Assembly (NCBI GenBank): GCA_965205865.1
Contig: CBDBHR010000004.1
Location: 1 to 64,000, forward strand
Direction: 5' to 3'
Origin: a bacterium
Lineage (GTDB): Bacteria; SAR324; NAC60-12
Length of the DNA stretch: 64,000 nucleotides
The stretch's first letter is position 1; each line of letters begins with the position of its first letter. The notes below the pieces were generated by a model. The model saw only the letters and a program-made list of their open reading frames with translations, was not told the DNA's origin and ran no database searches. Below, piece by piece: positions 21,432-30,360 of this stretch. Made by a program: the position numbers and the translations under genes.

Positions 21432-22440
21432 ATGGGTTGATTACCAAGCAACTGTGGGACGGTGGTGGAAGCCTCCATCCCACAATGCTTTGGTTGCTTG
21501 TTTGAGACCCTCTCCTCCGCGTTTGTATCGCATCATTGGGGAGGGTTTTTCCAGAAAGCCGGCGATCTGCACCAAGAGAGGTTCACCCCTCAGGATCACA
21601 TCAAGGCCAGCGGGCGGTGCCTTCATAACCAAGTGCGGTTTCGTTTGCCGGTTCACCATCAGTACGTCATTCTCCCACTTGGCACCAACATGAAAGCAAC
21701 GTCCACACTGCTCGCAGCAGGTGTTGCAAGAGCGACTGGCTATCGGGACTGTAACCCGGGGGAAACGTACCGGGAAACGCCGTCTCTCTGCAAAATCCCA
21801 ACCCTTGAGAGGGCGAATCTTGCGGAGGACCGGCACCAACACTCAAGAGGGGGACTATCTATTTATGTATCACGGAATTTCTGAATTCGGGAGATCTGAT
21901 CTTGGACTTTTTCAACTTCATCATCGTAAGAAGCCCAATTGTCAAATGCATCTGAAACTAATATTTCCAATCGTTCTTTATACTCAATATAGGATTTTGA
22001 GGTTTTTCCAACTTTAGGAAAGGAAGTAAAGACGTTTAAACAGTTTGGAGAGTTTCTAAAACCTTTTCAGCAGAGGAAGACTCTTTCTGCAATTCACGAA
22101 GTTCTTGACGTTTACGAAATAATAGCTGTTTAACGGTGCTCATGACTCACGCATCCGTTCAAATTTTTCACGAAATTGTTGGCGTTGCTTTTTAAGTGTA
22201 TCAATTTCCTTATTCATTTCTTCAATAAATGGCTCGATATTTTCATTCTTTGCCATTTGAGAGATTTCTTCTTCACTAAGCTCCGTAATAATTGAAACCG
22301 ATCTTTCATCTGGGGGTGTTTTTTGGAGATTCTTTGGCATAAGACCTTTTAACACATGAAGGGTAAAACTAATCTATTAATTTGTTATCTTTTGTGATTT
22401 TATAACTCTGTTCAACAGCCCATTCAATATACTCTTTAAA

Positions 22441-22964
22441 CATAGTAGGAAAATCAAAAAATACACGAGATCATAGCAGCTAGAAATAGGCATGTAAATG
22501 GAAATTTAGGGATTCTTTTTTTATTTTTTGGCAGGTTTCCTGGGTGGATGTGTGAGCTATTGATTTTTTTCTGGTCTTCTTCGTTGTTGGGTTTCCAATG
22601 GTTGATCCTCTTTCTTTTTTTTCTTCTCCTTTCCTCGATAGGAGCTGCTATAGATTCCATAATAAAAAGTGATCGTTTCGTAGGGTGAAGGAAGATGCAC
22701 TGCCAAAAGGGCCATAAACTCCAATATATCGTAATGGGCCGTTTTGGAGGAGGCGGGGTGCCGACCAGAAGTTTTCTTTTGTTTCTCATAAACCGTTACC
22801 GTGTTCTCCTTGGAATTGAGCTCGACTCTCTCGACCGAGATTGTTGCTCTACTCATATATCTGGCAATTTTTTCAATACGATTCCCATTGGCCCCGTTTA
22901 TTTTTTGATCACGATGAACATTGAAACCAGAATATGGTTTTCTATAGAGATTCAATTGCTGCAT
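22441..22964 (-). mobile_element. IS91-family (Y2 rolling-circle) transposase C-terminal fragment with oriIS-like end
   Basis: GFNVH..IARYMSRATIS..EFMALLAVHLP..FYYGIYSS; downstream TTTTTTGATTTTCCTACTATG resembles IS91/ISCR oriIS. Confidence 0.8.
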
Positions 22965-23091
22965 GCCTTTTTGCCAGGAAAGGAATGATCTGGATGCTTT
23001 TCTTCCCTTTCCTCCTACCTGAGTTCAATGGTATATATGAATCATATGGTGGGTTGCCCTTGAATTCATATAGTTGAAAAGTAGATTCTGC

Positions 23092-23274
23092 ATGACCTTT
23101 GGCGAATTAATCAAAAAATTAAAAAAAGCTGATTTTCGTTTAGTGCGCCAAGGAAAAGGGTCTGTCCAGTACTGGAGTAATGGAGAAGTGGAAGTCCGGG
23201 TAGATTTTCACGCTAAAAAGGAAGTCCCCTCAGGCACATGTCATAAAATTCTTAAAGACGCGGGTCTGAAATAA
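23092..23274 (+). CDS. hicA: HicA-family toxin
   Basis: LIKKLKKADFRLVRQGKGS...HAKKEVPSGTCHKILKDAGLK. Confidence 0.85.
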   Translation: MTFGELIKKLKKADFRLVRQGKGSVQYWSNGEVEVRVDFHAKKEVPSGTCHKILKDAGLK

Positions 23275-23283
23275 GGAGGAAGA

Positions 23284-23535
23284 ATGTTAGATTTGAAATA
23301 TAATATTATTATAGAAGCAACCAAAGACCCTCAATACTTCGGATATTTTTCACCTGATTTGCCAGGTTTCACGGGAGGAGGAATATCGATTCCCTCTATT
23401 CTGGAAGAGCTTAATTTAGCAATTGAGGAACATTTGGAAGTGATGAGAGAGAATGGTCATATCCCCCCTAAGCCCACTTTTAATCCACAGATTGTTATTA
23501 AAAATGAAACCGAAGAAATAGAAGAAGTCGCTTAA
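23284..23535 (+). CDS. hicB: HicB-family antitoxin (short form)
   Basis: AGGAGG RBS; YNIIIE..YFSPDLPGF..AIEEHLEVMRENGHIPP. Confidence 0.85.
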   Translation: MLDLKYNIIIEATKDPQYFGYFSPDLPGFTGGGISIPSILEELNLAIEEHLEVMRENGHIPPKPTFNPQIVIKNETEEIEEVA

Positions 23536-23724
23536 AGACTGGGCCTTCAAAGATGCCTGCCAGGAGATCTTTCACGTGAATATCCTCTCCTACTATTTCA
23601 TCATACCCATGTTCGGATATTTTGACATCTTTTTTATCCAGCAAAGCGAGAATCTGTCCAAAAGTCTTGTTCATACATTCGATAAGTTTTGTTTTTAAAG
23701 CAAAAAAAGACTTGACCCCATTTT

Positions 23725-23844
23725 GTGAGCCATAAGTGGGTCAAAGGGTATAACGGGGAAAACTGGTTTGGATTTACAAATGTGAATGCCCTCTTCGCCC
23801 GCCTCTGGGTTGACCAGGAGCTGAAGAAAGAAATGGGCTTCTAG
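23725..23844 (+). pseudogene. Orphan 3' end of a third SBP paralogue
   Basis: VSHKWVKGYNGENWFGFTNVNALFARLWVDQELKKEMGF* aligns without gaps to the last 39 codons of both SBPs. Confidence 0.93.
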
Positions 23845-23865
23845 GGCTCAGCACTTCACCAGTTG

Positions 23866-23918
23866 GCTCTGGACAAAAGAGGGGGCTGGGAGGCTCAAGG
23901 CTTCCCAGCCCCCCACTA
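23866..23918 (+). terminator. GC-rich hairpin after SBP 3' end
   Basis: GGGGGCTGGGAG...TTCCCAGCCCCC stem. Confidence 0.55.
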
Positions 23919-24004
23919 TTAGGGAGTTGTCGCTTGAGGAGTGGGAGTACGAATTCACTTTCGAAGTCCCTTTTTAATTCAATAATATTTGATAGGAGGG
24001 AATT

Positions 24005-25183
24005 ATGAAAAAGATTAAGCAAAAAATGAAAAAGTGGGAGGAGTACAAGGCGCAGGGCCTGAAGCGAGCTTTGGAGATCGGCAACCGCGGCCCGTTGCGG
24101 CTCTGCCCCGACGGAAGGATGGACCAGCAAATCGTACGGGCCTATCGGGCCCAGGGCTACTACGTGTTCGAGGACATGGTTTCGAAAGGGGAGGTCGCCG
24201 AGCTGGTGAAGGAGTTCGATGAGGTGCTGGATAACGCCCCAATCAATGAGGGAGGCATCACCGACAGGCACGGCTGCCCCTGCCGGTTCCCCGGGTACAT
24301 GAAACTGACGGACCCGCCGAGCGCGGTAAGTATTGGGCGATTTAATGTTACAGGGCTTCCATCCACACCCATGCTGGCCGGGGAAGAGGTCCGGCCGGGA
24401 GAGGAGAAGCACGTGAAGATGATGTCCCACCCGCTGATGTACATGGACTCGGCAGTTCGGCTGTACGGGCACCCGAAGATCCTCGAGTTGGCGGAAGGCC
24501 TGAACGGCACGGACTTCGTGCCCTTCAACGAGACAATCCACCACAAGGGTGCCGGGAACGGGGCCGCCTCGGTCTGGCACCAGGATGGGAAGACACACTG
24601 GGACGAACAGGGCAGGGCCCTGGAGAACGAGGACATCAAGAGCCCGGCCCACGGGATCAATTGCAGTGTGGCCATCACCAAGGCTACCCCGGAGAATTGT
24701 CTCTGGGTGCTTCCCGGGAGCCACAGTTATTGGCGGCTCCACAACGGCGGGAGCTTTCCCCCTATCAGTGACCGACTCCCGGGCGCCGTGCCCATGGTGC
24801 TCCGCCCCGGAGATGTTGGGGTGGTGAGCAGGAGCTCTCTCCACGGGTCCTACCCGAATCGCTCAGAAGGTCGACGGGTGACGGTGCTGCTCGGATTCCA
24901 CCGGCGGAGCTCCGCTGTCGGCGTCACCGTCACCAAGAACATCCACGCCTCGATGATGTATCATGGTCAGGAGCGCGAAGTCACCTACACCGAGGACTGG
25001 GTGAACCGGCGGTCGAGAATGATCCCGCTGGCGATTGATGCGCGCAGGCAGTGGTACCCGCAGGAGACCCCGTACGTTTACAAGGGGATCACCGACGGGG
25101 GCAACACACACTGGGGGGCAGAGGCCCGGGCGGAGATGAGCAAGGAGGGGGATGAGTACTGGACCCGCAACATCACTCTCTGA
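24005..25183 (+). CDS. Phytanoyl-CoA dioxygenase (PhyH) family Fe(II)/2OG oxygenase
   Basis: YRAQGYYV, WHQDG (HxD), NCLWVLPGSH, LHGSYPNRSEGRR. Confidence 0.88.
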   Translation: MKKIKQKMKKWEEYKAQGLKRALEIGNRGPLRLCPDGRMDQQIVRAYRAQGYYVFEDMVSKGEVAELVKEFDEVLDNAPINEGGITDRHGCPCRFPGYMKLTDPPSAVSIGRFNVTGLPSTPMLAGEEVRPGEEKHVKMMSHPLMYMDSAVRLYGHPKILELAEGLNGTDFVPFNETIHHKGAGNGAASVWHQDGKTHWDEQGRALENEDIKSPAHGINCSVAITKATPENCLWVLPGSHSYWRLHNGGSFPPISDRLPGAVPMVLRPGDVGVVSRSSLHGSYPNRSEGRRVTVLLGFHRRSSAVGVTVTKNIHASMMYHGQEREVTYTEDWVNRRSRMIPLAIDARRQWYPQETPYVYKGITDGGNTHWGAEARAEMSKEGDEYWTRNITL

Positions 25184-25431
25184 GCCGGAGGGCCACCGCC
25201 ACTGAAAGGCGCATAGGGCCGCGCTCTATCAGATCCTCTATCTCCAGACTCCGCTAACTAGTGCTTGGCAAAAAATACTCAAATTGCTGATATTAAATGA
25301 CATTTCTTCAATTTCACAGGATGAAGATTTGTTTGATACAGTGTTCAGATGGCCAAAATCAGCAAAAAATGGGATTTTTGATGAGTTTCCCCAAAATCTT
25401 CGTTTCTTGAAAATATAATGGGGTCAGTAAT

Positions 25432-26464
25432 GGGGTCAGGCTTACAAGTTTGCAAAAATGGGGTATCTTTTTAAATTTTAACCTTTTTCAATTTGCCAAG
25501 ATGTCTCGGAAACCGCGTTTGTACTACCCTGGTGCGCTTTATCATGTGATACTTCGAGGCAATGGGGGGCAACGTATTTTTTCGATGACAGCGACTATCG
25601 TCGCTTTTATCAGTTACTGGAAGACGGTCATCAACGCTTTGATCACCGGATTCATGCCTTTTGCTTAATGAAGAATCATGCGCATTTGGCGATTCAAGTG
25701 GGAGCGGTCCCTCTTTCCGCAATTATGCAAAACGTTTCATTTCGCTATACCCGTTGGATCAATCAACGGCAAAAACGAATCGCTCACTTATTTCAAGGGC
25801 GTTATAAAGCCTTATTGGTGGATCAAGACAACTATTCATTAGCCTTGATTCGCTATATTCATCTCAATCCGATTCGAGTGGGCGTGGTCAAGGATTTGGA
25901 TAAATTTCCATGGAGCAGTCATAGTGCTTATATGGGAAAGAAGCGGTTGGCATGGTTGAGGACAGATTGGGGATTATCCTTTTTTTCTTCCGAAGTCCTT
26001 AAAGCCAGAAAACTTTATGAGGATTATATCCGGGGAGGAAGTGAAATTCCCTCGCAAGTGAATTTTCAAAAAGGTTCTACTCATTCAGAGGTAATCGGAG
26101 ATGATCATTTCGTGACCTCCATTTTGAAGAAACTTGAAAATACTCCCCCCGCCCCTCCTCTTTTAGAGCAGATCATTCATCGAGTCGCTGAAGTTTATCA
26201 GTTGGAAGAAACCACGTTAAAAAGCGGGGGGCAGTCACGACGGCTGAGTGAAGCGCGCGCGATGATGGGGATGTCCGCCTTCGATTGGAAATCCGCAACA
26301 ATCCGGCAAGTGGCAAATGCTCTCAAGCGAGATGATTCTACTATCAGTCGTGGCGCGCATAAGTTGAGAGAAAGATTGAAGGACTCCACAAATCTCCAAG
26401 AGCGGTTAAAAGAACTCAACCTGAAAATGTTTTCTTAAATTTGCAAACTTGCAAGCCTGACCCC
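25432..26464 (+). mobile_element. RAYT/Y1 HUH transposase element with terminal inverted repeats (CDS 25501-26438, frameshift at T-run ~25577)
   Basis: MSRKPR..YHVILRGN, AFCLMKNHAHL (HUH), LFQGRYKA, RYIHLNP, WSS, C-terminal HTH; 25-bp IRs 25432-25456 and 26440-26464 with one mismatch. Confidence 0.88.
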
Positions 26465-26494
26465 GTTTTGAATAAGAAACTTGTTGAGCAAGAG

Positions 26495-27862
26495 TCATGC
26501 GGAGGTGACACTGACCCCATCGACGAGGATATAGGGGGCTTGACTACCTCCCAGGTTGGTGTGGAGCGTGGAACCGATGGCGATGATTTGTTTGAGCAAC
26601 TCGAAAACGTTTCCGGAAACCATGATTTCCTGAACCGCATGGCTGCGTTGGCCATTTTCCACCCACCAGGAGTTCTTGGCCACCCCTGAAAACTGCCCGG
26701 AAACGGGATCGCAATTGCCACTGAAGCGTTTGAGGAGCAGGCCGGTTCCCATTTGCCGGTAAAGGGATTCTTCAGAAACTGTCTGGCTGCCGATGCCGGA
26801 AATCGTTAGATTGGAAAATCCGATTTGCGGAAGAGCCATTGCTCCACCGGAAGCATTGCCAGTTGGTGACATACCGGATTGATGGGCGCTGAAACAATTA
26901 TGAGCGGCGAATTGCAAGCGTCCTTGTCGAATGATTTCATGTTTTGCCGCCACCACTCCTTCCCGGTCAAAAGGACTCCATCCTTCGGGACGATTTTTGT
27001 CCAGGGGATCTTCCTCCACCTGCAACAATGCGGAACTGACCAGGTTGCCCATTTGATCCTTCCAGCAACTGATTCCGTCAAAATGGTTTTTGCCATTGGC
27101 ATTGAAACTGATCGCCTGCCCCAGGATATGCGTCACTGCAACCGGATGGAGAAGGACTGCGCCCCGGTAATCATTTGCAGGACGTGAACCGAGAGATCCC
27201 ACCACCGATTCGCGGAACCGTCCAATGGTTCGGATGATTTCCGGTTCCAGGTTTTTTTTATTCCAAACCGAACCACCGTCATAGTCGAAGCTGGTGACCT
27301 CATTTTCGGTTTTTCCCATCCCCATGGCAAACCAGGAGCAATTGGTCTCGGCCACCTGTTGGCAAACGCCCAGGGAATTGCTCAAAGTCATCAGCTGTCG
27401 CGTACAGGAAATTTCTGCGCGATCGAGAGCGACCACTTTTTCCTGGTATGCTTCATCCACCACCAATTGCAGCCATCGGTATAGGTCTGCCGGAGCAATC
27501 GCATGCAAGTTTTCATCATAGTTTTCGTGATAGCCACCATCTGCTTTCTTCTCCGCAATCCGATGGTGCTCACTGGGAAGAGAAAGGCGGGCCAGTTTTC
27601 GAGTCTCTCCGGCAACCTCACGAAGGACTTGCTCCTCGCCCGAATTGGAAGTGATGAATCCCAATTTGCCATCGATGATTGCCCGGATGCCATAGATGGA
27701 CGTGCTGTTACTCTTGCTCACGGAAAAATCGTTGCCTTCATATACCACGCTCAATTCCGTGGAATGCCGGGTGCATACTTCCGCGACTCCACCTTGGAGT
27801 TCCTCCAATATCATTTTACTATTTTTCAAGAGTTGCGCCATCGTCTCTTTTGCTGTTTTCAT
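26495..27862 (-). CDS. pmbA: TldE/PmbA family protein
   Basis: PFDREG, TGNASGG, SGQFS, MVSGN; start overlaps the tldD stop. Confidence 0.88.
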   Translation of the reverse strand: MKTAKETMAQLLKNSKMILEELQGGVAEVCTRHSTELSVVYEGNDFSVSKSNSTSIYGIRAIIDGKLGFITSNSGEEQVLREVAGETRKLARLSLPSEHHRIAEKKADGGYHENYDENLHAIAPADLYRWLQLVVDEAYQEKVVALDRAEISCTRQLMTLSNSLGVCQQVAETNCSWFAMGMGKTENEVTSFDYDGGSVWNKKNLEPEIIRTIGRFRESVVGSLGSRPANDYRGAVLLHPVAVTHILGQAISFNANGKNHFDGISCWKDQMGNLVSSALLQVEEDPLDKNRPEGWSPFDREGVVAAKHEIIRQGRLQFAAHNCFSAHQSGMSPTGNASGGAMALPQIGFSNLTISGIGSQTVSEESLYRQMGTGLLLKRFSGNCDPVSGQFSGVAKNSWWVENGQRSHAVQEIMVSGNVFELLKQIIAIGSTLHTNLGGSQAPYILVDGVSVTSA

Positions 27863-29262
27863 TGTTGGGCACCTCCGACAAGCAGTTGACAACGTAAATA
27901 AGGACCCCCCGCATCCACTTTGGCAGGTTGTCCTTTTCCGCAATAACCTGCTCCAAGATCCCAGCGAAAATCCTTGCTCACCGCATCCACTGACCGCAAG
28001 ACCTCAAATGCTTTCCCGGAAACCGTCAGTTCTTGAACAAATCCGGCCAAGCGGCCGTTTTGTATGCGACGCACCTTGGAAGCTCCGAACATGAATTCTC
28101 CAGTCGCGTCTGCCTGTCCGCCTCCCGGACCGTCGATGTAGTAGCCATCTTCAATGCCGGCAATCATATCGTCCAAACGGTCTTGACCGGGCTCGATGTA
28201 AGTATTGCGCATGCGAATCAGCGGTTCATCGTTAAAGACCCAAGCCCTGGCATTGCCGGTCGGTTCCACGCCGAATTCTGCTGCGGATTCCCGGTTATGG
28301 AGATAGCTGACGAGTTTGCCTTGCCGGATGATAGGGGTTTTCTGACACAACACGCCTTCGTCATCAACAGGAAGCTCTCCACCCGCCCCTGCCTTGTATT
28401 CGCTATAGCCGCTGTCACAAAGTGTTACCAGAGGAGATGCCACCGCCTGATCCATTTTTCCGGCAGCAACCGAACCCGATTTGACGAAATCCGCTTCCAC
28501 GGTGTGTCCGATGGCCTCGTGACTGAGCAGTCCCACCATTGCTGGTGCCAGGATAACCGTTTTCTTACCTCCTTCTCCTTGGGGGGCTTTGAGCATCTCC
28601 ACAGCTTCTTCCGCCGCATCGCCGATCAACTGGTCCACCGGTTTATTGTAAAACAGGCAATCCCAGTTTCCCGTGCCTCCCACACTTTCTCTTCCCTTGG
28701 AATGGAGACTGCCATCAGTTCCAAAAGCCATCAGACGCAGCTCCGGTCGGGCAAGCCGAATGTGACAGTCGGCGCCATCGGAAGTGAGGATGATTTTGTC
28801 CTCGAATACCTCCGAATAACGGCAGACGGCGGCTTCGATCTTTTGCGCTTCCGTACTCAATTGCTGCTCTGTATTTCTGACAAACTCGAATTTTTCTTCG
28901 ATCGGCATCGCCCATAGTTCCCGGTATCCCGGGACAATGAAGTCTCCCTTGGCCAGCCGGGATGTTTGCGCCAATCTGATTTTTTGTTTTTTGCGGATAG
29001 TCAAAGTCCGCGCAAGCTGTTCGGCATCCTGCAAGGCCTTTTGCAATCCTTTCCGAGACAGGTCGGACGTGGAGGCGAATCCCCATGCCCCGTCCGCCAG
29101 CACACGAATTCCCACGCCGCCGAATTGTTTGGAACTCATCTCATCGACTTCTCCTTTGCGCACTCCCAATACGCGGCTGCGCCGATTGTGATAGCGGAAC
29201 TCCGTCCAATAGGATGCTTGGGACAGGACCTGCTCCATACGTTCTTTTATGGTACTTTCCAT
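27859..29262 (-). CDS. tldD: TldD metalloprotease
   Basis: HEAIGH motif, DDEG, RMRNTY, CGKGQP. Confidence 0.92.
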   Translation of the reverse strand: MESTIKERMEQVLSQASYWTEFRYHNRRSRVLGVRKGEVDEMSSKQFGGVGIRVLADGAWGFASTSDLSRKGLQKALQDAEQLARTLTIRKKQKIRLAQTSRLAKGDFIVPGYRELWAMPIEEKFEFVRNTEQQLSTEAQKIEAAVCRYSEVFEDKIILTSDGADCHIRLARPELRLMAFGTDGSLHSKGRESVGGTGNWDCLFYNKPVDQLIGDAAEEAVEMLKAPQGEGGKKTVILAPAMVGLLSHEAIGHTVEADFVKSGSVAAGKMDQAVASPLVTLCDSGYSEYKAGAGGELPVDDEGVLCQKTPIIRQGKLVSYLHNRESAAEFGVEPTGNARAWVFNDEPLIRMRNTYIEPGQDRLDDMIAGIEDGYYIDGPGGGQADATGEFMFGASKVRRIQNGRLAGFVQELTVSGKAFEVLRSVDAVSKDFRWDLGAGYCGKGQPAKVDAGGPYLRCQLLVGGAQQ

Positions 29263-29352
29263 AATCCTCCATATTACGTTGATCTGAGTTTTAGAAAAAA
29301 TTCCCTCCACAGAGGGAGGGGGTGAGTTAAACTGCATTCACTCCGTTCCCAG

Positions 29353-30360
29353 TCAAGGTAAACGCCTTAAACGGGTGTGGGCGAGGATGAACTCAAAGAG
29401 AAACAAGAGGAGTGCCGGAATCAGAAATATGGCATATTGCTCTTCATATTGATGATATTCCTTCACTTTCGCCTCTGTTTTTTCCAGTTCATCAATGGTT
29501 TTGTAAATCTGTTGTAGCGACTCGGTATCCGTGGCGTGAAAATAGAGCCCGCCGGTTTTTTCCGCAATTTGCCGCAGCAATGCTTCATCAAGCGATAAAT
29601 GGACATATTGGATGCGACGGACCCCGCCAGGGAACCCCCGACCCCTTTCGATGGCAATGGGCGCCTCTCCCTCAGTACCGATACCAATGGTATAAATTTT
29701 AACGCCAAACTCCTTGGCCGCTTCGGTCGCTTGCAGGGGAGTGATCCTTCCTGCCGTGTTTTCTCCATCGGTTGCCAATATCATCACTTTGGAAGGTGCT
29801 TTCAAATCCTTCAATCGTTTGGTTCCCACTGCAATTGCAGAACCAATAGCAGTCTTGTCCCCCGCCATCCCTATGAACACCTGATCCAGAAAGGAAGAGA
29901 GGAGTCGATGATCGTGGGTCAAGGGAGCCTGGGTGAATGCTTCCTCGCCAAAAACCACCATGCCGATACGATCCTGAGTACGGTTCTCGATGAACTCCCC
30001 CAACACTTTCTTCAAGACTGTCAAGCGGGTGACATGTTCACCGTCCAGTTTCAAATCGAGTACTTCCATGCTTTTGGAAGTATCGATTGTGAGAACAATG
30101 TCCACCCCCACAGTCAGCACTTCGGTAAATGATCGCCCGGTTTGAGGACGGGCTAGTGTAAAGATGAGGAAGATCAGCACCACCGTGCGTAAAAAAGGCA
30201 AAAAATAAGGCTGGCTCCACCAGGACGTACTGGCAAAGGACTTCAAAGTTTCCAACCCGGAATACTGAATGAACTGAGATTGCCGGCGCTTGACCAGCAC
30301 CCACCACCAGATGGGTATGATCAACAGAAGGAGCAGTAACCCGGGGCTCTCAAACCTCAT
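29353..30360 (-). CDS. batA: BatA-like vWA domain protein
   Basis: LARPQ, DTSKSM (MIDAS), DRIGMVVFG, TAIG, TDGEN, KIYTIGIG. Confidence 0.88.
   Translation of the reverse strand: MRFESPGLLLLLLIIPIWWWVLVKRRQSQFIQYSGLETLKSFASTSWWSQPYFLPFLRTVVLIFLIFTLARPQTGRSFTEVLTVGVDIVLTIDTSKSMEVLDLKLDGEHVTRLTVLKKVLGEFIENRTQDRIGMVVFGEEAFTQAPLTHDHRLLSSFLDQVFIGMAGDKTAIGSAIAVGTKRLKDLKAPSKVMILATDGENTAGRITPLQATEAAKEFGVKIYTIGIGTEGEAPIAIERGRGFPGGVRRIQYVHLSLDEALLRQIAEKTGGLYFHATDTESLQQIYKTIDELEKTEAKVKEYHQYEEQYAIFLIPALLLFLFEFILAHTRLRRLP

Larger units (their letters stand above)
18594..22439 (+). repeat. Tandem segmental duplication, copy B
   Basis: See copy A; ends next to an IS91-type ori end (22441). Confidence 0.95.

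Noticed and set aside
17238-23844. Diversity-generating retroelement (orphan 3' end as TR, SBP C-termini as VRs)
   Set aside because: One AAC codon varies as expected (TTC, GGC), but many differences are at non-adenine positions (TGG/CAA, GTG/CGG, GCC/CCC), variation spans the whole gene, and no reverse transcriptase is in the window
23774-24844. 356-aa minus-strand ORF
   Set aside because: Antisense to the PhyH gene; no motifs
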